NCBI GenBank assembly: GCA_973895155.1
Contig: OZ316894.1
Span: forward strand, 7,030,234 to 7,094,233
Origin: Marsupella aquatica
Taxonomy: Eukaryota; Plantae; Marchantiophyta
Length of the DNA: 64,000 nucleotides
Reading direction: 5' to 3'
Shown here: positions 25,761 to 39,300 of the stretch, in pieces
Position numbering within the stretch: the stretch's first letter is position 1
How the letters are laid out: each line of letters begins with the position of its first letter
Translations under genes and position numbers: made by a program
The notes under the pieces: model-generated
Databases searched by the model: none
Seen by the model: only the letters and a program-made list of their open reading frames with translations
Told to the model about the DNA's origin: nothing

Positions 25761-27743
25761 GTTGCCACTGTGTATCCTGCTCAATCCTCACCCTCCCTAG
25801 TTCCTACCAACCTACCTATCTACCTACTACCGTGTTGAATAAACTTATGCCATGCCAGATAATTATATTTATACAGACAAGAGAGTGGCACCAATTGGCG
25901 CTGCGGCTTCCACCAGTGCCTTTGCCTTGCTCCTGGGCTTTGCTCCTTGTCCCTGCTGTTCCTGGGCCTTGCTCTATTTTGAGTAAACTTATGAAGAAAA
26001 AAAAATGGCACCAAAAGTAATGCAATAATAAAAAGCATTGCCGGTCTTTCAGAAACTGTCACTCTAACATTCTTTGGGCTACTTACACTTTTGAAGCTGC
26101 TTAAAATCTTGACAGTTATTCAACGTTTTTATTGTGGACCTCTCCGTGGCTCCTTTGCACTGGTACCCCATCTCGAATTACCCCCCTTTTTTGGTGCTTT
26201 TCTCTTTCAATCAAAGCACACTTCAAGGGGAAAAAGAAGAGGCCCAATCACATCGACCTTTGTCTGACAGATGTCAAATCTCTACAAGTACATTATACTC
26301 TCAGGACACATTCTTTGAACCACCATGTAGACCATCACTGGCCATATATAAGGGGAAGTGTCCAAGACCTCCACCTTTTTCCACATTCCAACCACTTTTC
26401 TCCTCTTTTGTGCCAGTTTGCTCTACCATTTCAGGAAAAAATGCATGGCTGCGGGTAATCCACAGCTTTTTGAAGGACAGGTGTGATTACAAGCAAAATC
26501 ATTCAAGAGCAAGCCATACAACTGGCTAACAGCCAGGGAAACCCCTTTGTTTATATTTTTCTTTTTTGTTTAGGTAAATCTTACAACTATCACAAGTGCC
26601 TACCCGAGACAGTTTGGAACATAACCCATGTACAAATTGGTCAATAGACCAGGCCAGACCAGAATGTAGTTGAAGGCAGTTTCCTTACTTTTACACAGAA
26701 AAGGCATCATACATCTGTTCAGGTGTTCGAAATCCGCCATACAACTTGCAGAAGGACTCTTGTAATCTGTTCATGTGGTCCGGTATCCAACAAACAAGTT
26801 CCCCCATGGGAATTCATGATAGTGGAGCTTGATCAGGGCCCTGGTTAGAGGTATCAGCCTATATGCACTCAAGAATGTCACACTCGTTGTGAACCGGTAT
26901 GCACTGACAAGAATTGTTTAAGGGGTAATCGCTGAGAATAATGCATATTGTAGTTCGTTTCAAATGTCACATTTCTCCCAGGTGGGGCTGCTCATAAGAG
27001 ATACACAGTCGTCTTGTTCAGCAGAATTCTGCAATTTCATGCACCACCGAGCATTGATATTCTTGGCTCATAGAGTAATGCTGTTCAGCTGAGATTTCGT
27101 TCATAAATGATCACAGTCAATTATGTCGCGCATAAACGGGCACTACTTCTCTCCCACTTTTAGCTCATGCAGCATCATGTTCTTGGTTGAGGCTTTCCGG
27201 TACTCGCGGACAACAAGGATTGCAAGCGAGTACATGAAGAACTTTGTTCTGTCTGCTTGCAGGTACTTCTCTTCATGGAGTGGTAGTCGTAGAGCCCTTA
27301 ATTTGAGAAAGAATCTTGCAACAATGAGAATATCCGCAGAAGAGATAAGTTTCTGAGCTGGCAGAGGTAAAGCAGTAGGAGAGAAGGTCAAAGATAATGA
27401 CCCGTACTTCAAATTGAGGCTTGCCCTCATTTCAAGATTGCACCTGCTGAACAAATTTTCGGATATAACACAGATTATTGATACAGTGTTTACAAGATGA
27501 GAACTAAATCATGCTGTCCAAAGCACGAGACCTTGAAACTCTTCCTTATACGACACAGAACTATTACTGGAACCAAGACAACGCAGAATAGCGGACATAG
27601 ATTTCAAAACTTAATTGCATGTCCTCGTCAATAGCACTACCTTTCAAATTCCTACGAACCAGTGCCCCATACGTAATCCAAACCAACTGCAAGAAAGCCT
27701 TCTCCAAATATACACCTCTGAGCAAGGTTTCGTCTATACACCC

Positions 27744-30700
27744 TTACGATATCGTGCCAGAGTAATCAGTGAAATTGGACTCGTTATCCCAGGGATCATC
27801 CCACCCCTTTGGCCCTTCTCGTTTTACGAAGTCTACAATTGCACTAACTGCATCTTGCACTCGGTTTGAAAGGCTATGATTGCCGTGCTGAATCTCCACC
27901 TTCTCAGCTCCACCCATTGCATCACATAACCTGCATAACAGGCGAAATGTTGAAGGTCTACTATTAGAAAATATAAACCCCAAGGCATTGAAATATTACA
28001 AATTTGGGTATCCAAGAGGAAGCTTCAACTCCAACGGGGAAAAACAATGCTAATTAGAAGAAACGAAACACCAATACAAGAGTAGCAAGTTCCACATAGG
28101 TCCTGACCACTGACCCCAATTGTTGAAGAAAGTCACGAGAGTCTTCTGAGACTCAGAAAACAAGCGTACTCCTAGAAGGAATTCTACATGAAATTTGTGT
28201 CTAAACTTTAAACAAATCGATTTAAAAGTCGCGAAGCTCCTCTCTCACCGGTGTACAAGAGCTTTCTTATCCACATAATCTGGAACATACTCGTCCATCA
28301 TAGAGAAGATCACCTGTAAAATCGCAGTGTCGGACTTTTGAGTTCCACTCTGTGGACTTTTAAAATATCACTGCATTGTATGAATAAACTAAGGGGTGCC
28401 AAGTTATTGTCTCTTAGACAAGCACAACTAACGAGTTAAGTTCATAACAGCCGTCCCAATTTTATGAAATATAACTTGAGAATAGACACATGAAAATGAA
28501 TGATGCGCATTACCTATCTTTATGATGAAATTCGTTTACCAGCTCTCACAAGCCTACATTGGGCAGAAATTCTTCAGAAACATACCTGGCAGGGAAACCG
28601 TTCCATATGACCCAATCTACTTTTTAGCTGTGCATTTGTTAAGTCGGAGCTGAACATATCGTCGTCTCCTAGGAAACCACTCAAAGACCGATATCTGCAC
28701 AGTACAACGGAATGGAAAACAATTGCTCAGTGTCTTAGAATCTATAATCAATCCTTGGGGCGCCTGGATTTCAATCGTGGTAAGTCTATATCCTAAATAT
28801 TGGGCAATACTATGAGAAATCAAATAAACAGACTTGCACGCTTGAGGAGGTCAGGTGGGATATACAGGGAAACGATCACCAGGCGTATCAAATAAACATA
28901 AGACTTGGAGCGAGTTAAACTTAGGAGACTGCTTTGGTAGCTGGTGGACATGAAGACCTCAGGCCGAGGAACTTGGCAACTAGAACAACCAATTGAGACA
29001 GACGAATTTTGTACGGACTCGACGGATCAAACCAGACGGGGAATACCAGTTGATTCACTAGAGGAGCTATCAGAATATGTCCATCTCAAAAAGAGAAAGT
29101 CCCTCGGTGAAAGGGACATTGAAATATTTATTTGTTTTACAGCAGTATGTAATACCTAAGAGCAGTAATTGGAGCATCAGGATTTGCCTCCCTGGGCATC
29201 AGGTCCTGTCCTCTCCCAACCTTGATGAGACTGTCTGCCAGATCTAACATCTGTGCCGTATCCGGTAGCAAAGCTCTAAATTCTCTATCACTAACAGGTG
29301 CCTGCAAGAACCACAAACGATCATGAGAGTTTGTTTTCCAATTTCACTATTTTGGCTTTTCACATAGTCAAAATCAAGTCTTACATAGACCAGACAGCAA
29401 CAAAATACGCATAAAACCATAAACCAGAATCACCACATTATCTCCAGAGGAAAAGTACAAATTGTTGGTTCTCATACCTGTAGAATGGCCCCCCTAACAG
29501 CTCGTGAACCACTACTTCCTTTTTTAAGATAATGAACAATATCCTGCAGACGAGAAATTATGAAAGACTTGATTAGGCTCATTGTCCTGGAAGAGCGGGG
29601 AGTCGAACACAAATGGCCTACAATTCATTTATGTATGTCATAAACATCCAACATACTCTGTCTTCTAAAATGCCTCATGAAAGATCAAGATATACAATTT
29701 ACCGCAAAAGAACCTATACCTGGCAACCAGTACTGTGACCGATCAACATTACTCCTTCAGACTCTTCTTCATCTATCAGATAGTGCAACAGTTGTTCAAG
29801 TTCAGATGAGTCCTGTAAGAGCACAAGACAAAGCAACAGACCCCTTGGTAAGAAACGGTACGAACATTCTTCTCGAATCAGCTGTATCAATCACTTTTCC
29901 TTTAAGGATTGGGCTGTTACCTTTAAGGAATTGGCCCAATTTCAGCAGTGAGACCACAATTGTTTTCATTCACAATATCGAATTGAAGTTTCAAAATGCA
30001 ACAGAACCAAAGGGCACCTGCTGAAGGCTTGATGTGCCATATCCTGAGTATGAAGATGACAGCAATGGCTGTACCAATGACCACTTCTCATCTAGAAGAG
30101 CAGTAGCTAGTGGCTCAACGTACCTGTTGACACAGAGGAGTACAACAGCAGCCAAGAATAAGTTATCGACAAAGTACCTGTCTGGTACATCAGATCTTCA
30201 CAACAAAAAGTCAGACAGAGACTAAAAACATAAGTGAAGAGTGCCGTCTAGTGAACAACATTCGCTGTGGAGTAGTATGAATGAACAACTTGAGATGCTG
30301 AATAAAACTCTATAGAGACTGGAATCAAGCTGACATCAGATCGCCCTGCCACTGTATATCTTGTTGAAAGAAGCTTTATGACCAATCGCGATCACAAACC
30401 AAATATACATCAAATTAACTTACTCTGTAGCAAGAAGACCATCAGTGAGGCCACCGATAAAGATCACTTGCTTTTTAAAGTCGCCGGATCGAAAAGCAAC
30501 CTGAAAATATCAATACCAAGTCAGACTCACCAAGTACAGATGCATCACTCGACCAACCGGTCGTGACGTAAAGTGAAATTTCCAAATCTGAGAAAGATCG
30601 ATGTATTTTGTTCGAGACACAAGTTTGGAGTCCTGAAAACGACGACACCCAGTTTTCGTGACGACGAGTCATCACCAAAAGAAAACCGTAGAAAAGAGGC

Positions 30701-31904
30701 CTTAAGTAAGGCCTTCTCTTCTTCTTCAAGCTCGTGCAGACCTATCTGATGTAAACAATGTTTGTTGAGAAAGCATAGACCCAATTTGCCGCGATGATAA
30801 TTCATCAGCTCCAGTAACCCCAACGTAGAGGAGAAACTACTTCCATATTGGTCCTGAACTGAGAAATGTCTGGATTTGCTAACTCTAACCAATAACATAG
30901 GCACGTCAAAACCTGGAGCTCTGGATCTAGCTGATTTTGAATCTCAAGCTGGAAACATTCCTTCAGGAAGGCTTTTTTTTCCCTATCTCCACGCCATAAG
31001 AGAAGTGAATCAAAGTTTTCAATTACTCGATTGCTCTACAGCCTGTCAAGGTTTACCATCCGATTTCAACCTCAAGACTCGGTGTTCTGTGCACTCCACT
31101 CCAAAAGAGGCACCCAGTTTAGCTCGGTCCAAACCCACTCAGTCACCTTCACAGCTCCCTCTACATAAACCTTCAACGAACGTGATTCTTCATTTCGAAT
31201 TTAGCGAGAATTCCATGAGTGAGTCACTCAGATTTTTGGGGTCCTACAGTAAATGAAAGAATCCCCTCGCATGAATCCCTGGAAACTTATTGACCACGAG
31301 AACTATTGTACTCGAGTCCATTCTTTCATCCTTAATTTATTGCCAATACAGAGGAATCTGAAGTACGCAGATCTGGATCATTTCAATCCTTCCAGGAGCG
31401 TCCCTCACTGCCAGCTATGTCAAATTTTTCGCGCAATACAGCTTCATCACAAATTTCCAATTGCTTCAAGCTATCATATCATCAAATGGCTCACGGCGCA
31501 CGCCCATGACGTAATTCAGCACAGAAAGTGACATCCCCGGCTGTGCATCTCTAACATGAGATCTTTCAAGGCTTCTGTGTTGGTTGAAAATCGATGCACT
31601 CAGGCTGCAAACTTGCTTCTTCACATTAGAACTTCATCTTCCAAAGTCCACATTGAAGGAGGGAGGTGGAGCAATGCTGACTACCGTGGTCCCCGTGTCA
31701 GGAAGGTCCCAAGTCCAGCAATTCAAAGACAAAAGCCCCAAAAAGTGAAACTGTGACTCCTCTCCGCATGCATTGCTCACGGAAGACAATAGTGCAAACA
31801 GATGGGGCGGGGAATACGAACGAGACAAGAAGGCTACACACCTGAACACTTTTAGAGCCATATCTGAAGAGCTTGCCCACTAATTCGGCTTTCGGGGCCA
31901 TCAT
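27744..31904 (-). CDS. DUF1749/UPF0613-family alpha/beta-fold hydrolase, 9 exons
   Basis: Exons read GKLFRYGSKSVQ | VAFRSGDFKKQVIFIGGLTDGLLATE | YVEPLATAL..WSLVQPLLLSSSYSGYGTSSLQQ | D..ELEQL..MLIGHSTGCQ (GxSxG nucleophile) | DIVHY..GAILQ | APVSDRE..PITALR | Y.SL..GDDDMFSSDL | VIFSMMDEYVPDYVDK | LC.AMGGAEKVEIQHGNHSLS..GWDDPW..*. ATG at 31904, or in frame at 31952. Confidence 0.9.
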
Positions 31905-32586
31905 CCGGGAAGGCGTCCGCGTCAGCTGCTGAGGCAGAACGCCGCAGGACATACCGGATGGGTATGTGTGCCCAACTCCGCCTCCGTGCGTCCTCTCCAC
32001 TCCAATCCAATCCACCCCCAAATTAACCGACTAACCAAGCTCATCAGACGACCACCTCTTCTTCCCTCTACTGTGTTCCGAATTCCTTGAACGAACGACT
32101 GAACGGACACAACATGGATTACCGTTATCCAAGCTGTCCTGTGGAGTTTAATGGTGAACCTGCTGAGCCTTTCAAATTCTTTCGCCGAATCTATGCACAG
32201 AGCGATGAAGATCAACAGTGTGTATCGATGCTTCGACCCGACGCACCAGCCAGAGAGCCCTCACTCAAAGGACTCAAAAGCAACCCACGCCTTCACGCCG
32301 TCTCTCACCCACTTCGTTCCCTCTCCTCCCCTCCCCTCCCCTCCCCTCTCGAGACTTCTCCCTTTGCCAGAATCCACAACTCCAGGGGTAAATTTCTATG
32401 AGTAATGATTCGTTTCCTCTTTTGCTGCCCTCTTTCCCTCGTCCCTTCTTCGATTCTTGCCTATCCGACTCGGCTCTGCGGAATTCCGAGTAGACTTCCT
32501 TCCTTTCACTCTTCTGCTCTCCGCCACTTTTTCTCTTCTTCCACTCTCTTCCTCTTTGTTTTCCCCGTCTTCACCTCCTTCCTCAT

Positions 32587-32609
32587 CTCTCTCTCTCTCT
32601 CTCTCTCTC
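32587..32609. repeat. (CT)n/(GA)n microsatellite inside a ~350-bp pyrimidine-rich tract upstream of the DUF1749 gene
   Basis: tctctctctctctctctctctc, about 11 units. Confidence 0.85.
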
Positions 32610-32893
32610 ACCTTTTCTTCTCGAGGCTCGTTGCTCCTCTTCCCTGTTTTCGTTTCTCTCTCGAAAGCAAACGAGAGAACAGATTTTCTCTCTTCCTTTC
32701 CTTGCCTTCACAGTCGTCACTCTGCTGTTCGTCCTTGTCGTGATCTCATCCCGGCCTTCTTTACGGAAGCCATTCTTTCAGCTGGGTCGTCTCTTCTTTG
32801 TGTGTGTCGCCATTCTTTCAGTTGGGTCAACATTCTCTGGAGCTGCACAAAGTAAGGCACAGTAGATAGGAAGCAAAGCACAGTAGATAGAAT

Positions 32894-32995
32894 CCTAATT
32901 TCCAAGAAATAATATTTTTAAGTACTATTCCTGGCCAATGTCACCTAATTTTCAAGACATAATATTTTAAGTTTTTATTCCTGGCGAATGTCACC
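32894..32995. repeat. ~50-bp tandem duplication
   Basis: cctaatt.caaga.ataatatttt.aagt...tattcctggc.aatgtcacc occurs twice. Confidence 0.75.
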
Positions 32996-33442
32996 TTGTG
33001 TGAGGACCAAAGACTCCTGTTCATGCTAATTAGTGTTGCTCACAATAATTCGAGAGCGGCCATTTTTTGGGCTCCATTTGTGAATTAGTTTTACTTACAC
33101 TAATTCTTTAGGAACACTTGTTCTGCATACAAGAATTAGTGTTACTTTTGACTCTAGAGTGTAAAAATAGTGGGGGGGGGAAGACAATTTTGAAAACCCA
33201 CAAGAAGTATTGTTACTTTGGGTGGAAGATCACCCATTTTTTACAAGCATTTAAAATAAAAGTGAACATTTTTATTATGAAAACCTGACAAAAATTAGGT
33301 TACTTTGGACTCAAGATCAGTTTCACCAAAGTAAGTGTTAGTAACACTAACTTGGTAGGTAACGCAAACTCTTGCTTAACACTAATTATGGTGAACAATG
33401 TAGGAGTATTTGCTACCTCAGTTTCCTAGAATTACAATTGAA

Positions 33443-34345
33443 TGTAAATCTCCCTATATAGTCGGCTACACTACCACTTAGCTCCTCTATGGTCCAGGCT
33501 TGAAGGACAGCCATCCAGAGGGGACTAAGTATGAGGAGACTTGTGGGCAAGGGATTGTTGCACTAGCAAAGGCGATGCGTTGAGCTAGTGGTGCGCACAA
33601 GAGACTTGGACTGGTGTTAGGAGCTGGTCAGGTCATGAGAAGAGTCAAGCTCAAGGCAAACCGTCCGGACCCCCGAACAGACTCCAAGTTTTGAGGACTT
33701 GTGTGAGAGCTCCTCTTGGGCCCAAGTGCATAGAAGTTCTTCATGAGAAATGTGTTGAAGTATGACGTCTTCCTTCATGACGATCCAATCATAACTCATA
33801 CCATGCACAAGTAGTCGACACAATCCATACATGGTTCACCTCTTCTCCAAAGCTACGTCCACACGAACTCTCCAACTTTACTTCAGAGTAGTTGAACACA
33901 CGGGGAACACACAAGCTCTCTCTCTTCCTCAAGTTGCTCCATTACAATGAGCAAACACCACATACCAGCGGCTTACACTAGCCCTGGTATATACAAGGTC
34001 ACACACGACTAACCTAACCTCAGCTAAGTCCCTAACTGAGGTTAACCTAATTGCCGTAACCTTTGAGTCACAAAACTAAGAGCAATCCTTAACAAAACGG
34101 ATGCTTTGTGCATAAGCAACGATGCAGCTCAGGTGGAGACGTCCGGGACCTCTAGCTGACGATGAGTTGTAGGAGCCCAAGCATGAGCACTGCATCAGTC
34201 CAATCACAATGGGCAAAGGCATTTCACCTATGAATATCTAACTAAAAAGTTATGGACGTAACAAGTTAGCTTCATGTCTAGTCGATTAGGTAGGAGTCCA
34301 AGTAGAGGGCCAAAAATAGGGGACCAAAATTGGTCCAGGGTGACA
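33443..34345. mobile_element. Possible solo or partial LTR relic
   Basis: Begins TGTAAA and ends GGGTGACA, with LTR-like composition. No matching TSD found, so the boundaries are uncertain. Confidence 0.3.
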
Positions 34346-34799
34346 GGTCACCGGAAGCATATGTGAGGGGAGTGATGCCATGAATTTGCTATAAAATTTG
34401 CAATGAATTTTTAACTTGCTGCCATGAATTCTATGTGACTAGCTAAGGTCCCCACCAAGGTGGCAAATTCATGCAAGCAAGTTCAAAAATGAACTCTTTC
34501 GTCTCTTTGTAGACCCTCTTAATTTGCTCCATGATGTTCTGGCAGAAATTCATCAAATAAAGTGATCACGCCATAGTAGTGTGAGCAGCTACTTCTCCTC
34601 TTCCCTAAGAAGTAGAGTAGTTATGTCATACAATCTATATCATGCATGTGAACTTTTGATTTTCCTACATTCTTTTAAAAAGACACTTAGATCTGGCCAT
34701 TAATCCTCTTAGCTACGTAAGGATTTGGCAAATAGGGCTTCTAGTAGCACTAGAATTGATTAGCTGGGGTCTTTGTTGCTTGTACCTCCATCTAGACTG

Positions 34800-35000
34800 T
34801 GTTAGTGTCACCCTTACCTTTGGGCAATAGTATTTTGCCTTTCTTCCGTGTGGTTTTGTTTTGGGTTTTTACTCCCTCTTGGCCCTCCTGTTGGTTGGTT
34901 GTGGTGTTTCATGGCCCTCGACTTGTTATTGTTTTGTGTCCTTCTGGTCTTCGCTGCAGTGGTCATTTTAATAAATTGCCGAGTTCCACAAAACAAAAAC
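34800..35000 (+). mobile_element. Probable LINE 3'-UTR remnant
   Basis: T/G-rich tract followed by AATAAA (~34969) and an A-rich tail (acaaaacaaaaa). Composition resembles segments at ~13000-13200, ~25200-25400 and ~35580-35760 on the opposite strand. Confidence 0.35.
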
Positions 35001-36332
35001 CAAATAGGGAGTCTTGGGGGAGGGAGGTGTTGACTACACAAGTTTATAGGAGCACAAAAAATAGATATATTTGAATAATATTTGCAAAAACTATATAGTC
35101 ATAGGAAGGAAGTATTGCCCATATATTAAGAGTTTGCTCTAATATATACCTTTTAGGCCATTGCAACTAAAATAAAAAAATGTTCTCAAACCATTTTATA
35201 GTAAACAAAGGTATACAAATATGATTGTATGTGGTATAATGTAATATACAAAAACTTAACCCTAAGGGAAAATCTGTTTGACTTTGTGCAGATACTAACC
35301 AAAGCATTTTCCACTACTGTTTAGATGGAAAATAGGGTAGAAAATTAGGCTGCTCCACCCCACCTTATAGTATCCAGAAAGTTGTATCCATTGGATGATG
35401 CTAAATCAATTGGTGCAAGGCACTAATATTTGCCCATTTGGTAGAACACCTACCCTCAAAGTTTGTCAGTAAAATTCCCAATGAAATATTACATTTCCAA
35501 CAGTTGGACAGCGTAAGATAAGTAACACCTCATAGAAACCAAATAAGGTACCAACTCTGAGATCCCAAACACTTTTGTGGATGCCAAACAGGAGCCACTG
35601 GACCCAAAAGGCAAGAGACCCAAAAGGCAAGAGACCCAGGAAAAACCCCAATGGCACACTAGGAAAAACCGCAAGAAGATCAAAGAGCCAAACCCCCAAG
35701 ACTCCCCTACAAGACTCCCCCACACAAGCCCCCAATTCCTAAAGAGTCCCCTACAAGGGCAAACTAAATCCACGGTTTTGTCTTTCTTGCCTTGTCGAGT
35801 TGTCACACATAACCAGGGTTTCCTCTTTTACCTTGGGCACGTGCCACTTATAAAACCCATAATCTAGTCATAAATGGCAAGCTGAGAGGCCCGAGTAGCA
35901 AAAACTTTACATGGTCATATTATGGTAGATCTATGTAGATTCAGATCTGGACCATTGATTTTAACAAATCATCACTAAAACCATTTAAAAACCTCTCTGA
36001 ACCATTAGCAACCCACTTCACCTGGTTGCAAGTGTGCGAAATTTGGCACAGAAAGGAAACACTGCACACAACACTAAGCTCTACCATTATTTAATGTGTG
36101 TAAGGAAATTGGGCATGCCATTTGGCACGAGCAGGACCAAGCCACGACACGAACAAAAATGTGTCCCTGGGGCTTGCCTGAAAAACGAGACACAAGCCTG
36201 GCTTAAACGAGTGGGCAGGTGCTGCTTTTTGTTGCGGTCAAGGCTTATTGATTTCCTGATCGTGTTTTTGTGCAGGGTCCACGGAATAAAACCAATACAA
36301 ATCTTTCGTTGACTCGGGAAAAATTCGAAATC

Positions 36333-39300
36333 TCACTGTGCTGGTATGGTATCATATAATCTTGAAAGGGCTAAATCTAGCACAGCCCTGAAGAACATCC
36401 GAGGGTAAATCGGAGGGTTCTCTGCAAGAGCCTGCAGGGCATGAAATCATTTCAGTAACAGTGCACTCTGATTTCCCAAAACAGGCAAGCACTTGAGTTG
36501 GATCCTCGGTTGGGTCTCGGATTTTACAAAGGAGTCTCGATCACGCAACATAAGTTATTCAACTGGTGATGCCATCATGCACACTCCAAAGATGGAGATT
36601 TTTTACCTGATGGATGAGCACCGTCGAGGGAGTCATCCCTGGAACTGTATTTGCTTCAATGATGATGACCTTTTGCAGAGAGCCAAAGATCAAGTTAAGA
36701 CTTCATTTGCTTGCAGAAGCAAAACAATCCCACAACATTAGACTGATCTGCCAATTTTTGCTTGAGTTGCAAAAATTGCATCACACTGGTAAACGCGGTT
36801 CAATCCCAAGTCACTCCGGCAAAACTCAAACTTGAACCAAAATCAAATAATTTACAGGAAGTTATTGGAGCCTGCCTGCCCTTTCATAGTCAATGGAAAT
36901 GAGAGTAGCTGACAGAATCAGAGTGTGCACCTCTCCCGTGTCCACTTGAAGAAATGCATCGATGCGCGCAAATCCCTCAATTCCCAGCGTGTTTGCTACA
37001 AGCGCAATTCTCTTCCTGCAACTTGAAATTGCCTCCTCCCTGCAATAGTGAGAGACGATCACCGTGGTCACTGTCTCCTCTCAGAGGCCCCACATAAGAA
37101 GAATACATGAATACTTTCAGAAGGACAGAGAATGACGGGATGATATTAATGAAATTGCAGCTTCTCAGGCCCCAATCAAGGACGAAGTTAACATAGGGAA
37201 AAGCAAGCAAGTTAGTTAGGATTTTCAAACCAACCTGACCAATGATGCTGGAGGAGGAGTTAAATTCACACCTGTACCACCTGCCAAGCGGTCCAATTTA
37301 GTTAGCGTTTAGTATTTTTAGCAGCAGAACCTTCCTATTGCTAACAGGACATGATAGTCCTACATCATACGGTCTTACCGCACTCTTTCGTCTGAGATGT
37401 CAAGCTACTGGCTAGTTGCCTAACATCTCACTAGTCGAAACCAAGGACACGCACAGTTTAAAGATCATGAGAATTACTTAAACACGAAAATGAACCAGTG
37501 AATCACACCTAGGTGGAGGAAGAGAGAGAACCTTGAAATTTCTCCTCAAGAGATAGGATAGCTCCATTCTCTTTCACTGTGATGCTGGGATTGAGAGCAT
37601 ACATTTCACCTTTTTTGCCCATGACACCAACTGTCACCTCCAACCAGCGACTCTTTCCAACCCATGACAGACCACCTGAATTCTTATCTTCTGCAACTGC
37701 CCCAGTGCGTCCGTTGTGTGGAGATGTAATTAAAACATCATCAGTTTCTATAAAATTCTCAAAAAGTAATTTTTCAGGCAGAGGATCTGGCATCTCGATG
37801 ATGCTGTGTACCTGCAAAAGTTTTTCCCATTGAATCGAATGAATTGTCTACCGAAAGATGAGAATAACCGCTATACCAACCAGAAATTAGATGGTATTGA
37901 CACAAAAACCATAGGTGGCGGTTCCCCAGATCTCGACATTGACACGACAAGTCTAACAGGGTATTTAGTGAAGAACCACGAACCGCACTCAAGCTGCCAG
38001 GTAGTATGCGTGGAACTTTCTCCAGCACGGCTCTCAAATAAACTTCAACGTCTTCCGGACAACTGCACCAATTGAACTGGAGTATCTTCAGCATGCAGTA
38101 GAGCCAAGCATACTTTTTACATTAAAGAACACGTAGTATACCATGTCATTTCCACACCAGTAACTTCGAAACTTTGTAACATTAAGCACCTGCAGGTAGA
38201 GAGGCTCAGATTGATACCAGAGCCTGACCTATAATTAGGGCTCCGATCATTTAGGACATGTATGATTCGAATGCATACCGTAGTCTGGCAACTCCAGTAG
38301 AGCAGCCATCACTTATAGGCTTCACACATATACTACTTGCCCGCAGGTCCTCACAGAGCACATCCCACATTTTGCCTGAACGGAATGTGCCCGTTATGAC
38401 TGACTTGGCGTCTCCGAACTCTGAGCCATTCTTCGACAGTTCACTCATGCTAAAAACTCTCTTAGTTGCAGAGAATATTCCATCTTCAGAGAGCTGCAAG
38501 AAGGTACCAAGAAAATACAAGCTTCAATACTGTGAAGAAAAATTCTGTACAGTTGAAATCCTTTCCAACAAAAAAGAGCAAGAAAATAGATACGGAAGAC
38601 AATCTTGACGAGACCATACATGAGCCAAGGCCAGTCCGGTTGCCACTTTATCCATGCACAGTCTCGATGCTTCCACACCAGACCCTGTTCGAAGATTTTT
38701 GTCACCACATCAATGGGCATTTCAAACTCAATTCAGATCTCTTCCAAAAAACGAATTAGATCTTAAATTCTGACAAAAAACCTACGGAAACTTCTTTAGA
38801 AATGCCCTTAAATGACAAAATCTAACTCATCACTTTAGACAACTTGAGCGTCGGTGCCAGTCATACTGTTTCCAAAAACAAACCATCATATGGTGACCAA
38901 TATTCCAGCTTCACAGCTACAATGAACTTGCAGGCGTCTTGTCAAGAGAGAACTACAGATTGCAGAAACAAACAGCTGAACAATGGCATGCTGACACAAG
39001 TGCAAGAGATCTGCGGTATACTAGTGTATAAGAGTTACCTGTATAAGGTACACCCGAAGCCTCCAAAACTTCTTGCAAAGTGCCATTCTCTCCAATTCCA
39101 CCATGCACTACGGTAAGCGCAAACAAAGCCACATTTACATGGTGAAAATTAGAATTGCAAAATACCGTTAAATGCAATGCTGATGAAGCAGCCAAAAAGG
39201 TGCTGCCAGCACATATTAGTGGCCAACTCTGTCTTGTTCGTTTAAATCTATGACGAATCTGCGTGCAGTCACTTTACAACTGTCAGTCTGGCATAACAAA

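Noticed and set aside
32396-32855. Low-complexity ORFs (RERERE, SLSLSL, FFSS)
   Set aside because: Products of the CT/GA-rich tract.
33019-33397. Possible MITE with ~20-bp imperfect TIRs (gttca..taattagtgtt / aacactaatta..tgaac)
   Set aside because: The TIR match is weak and no TSD was found.
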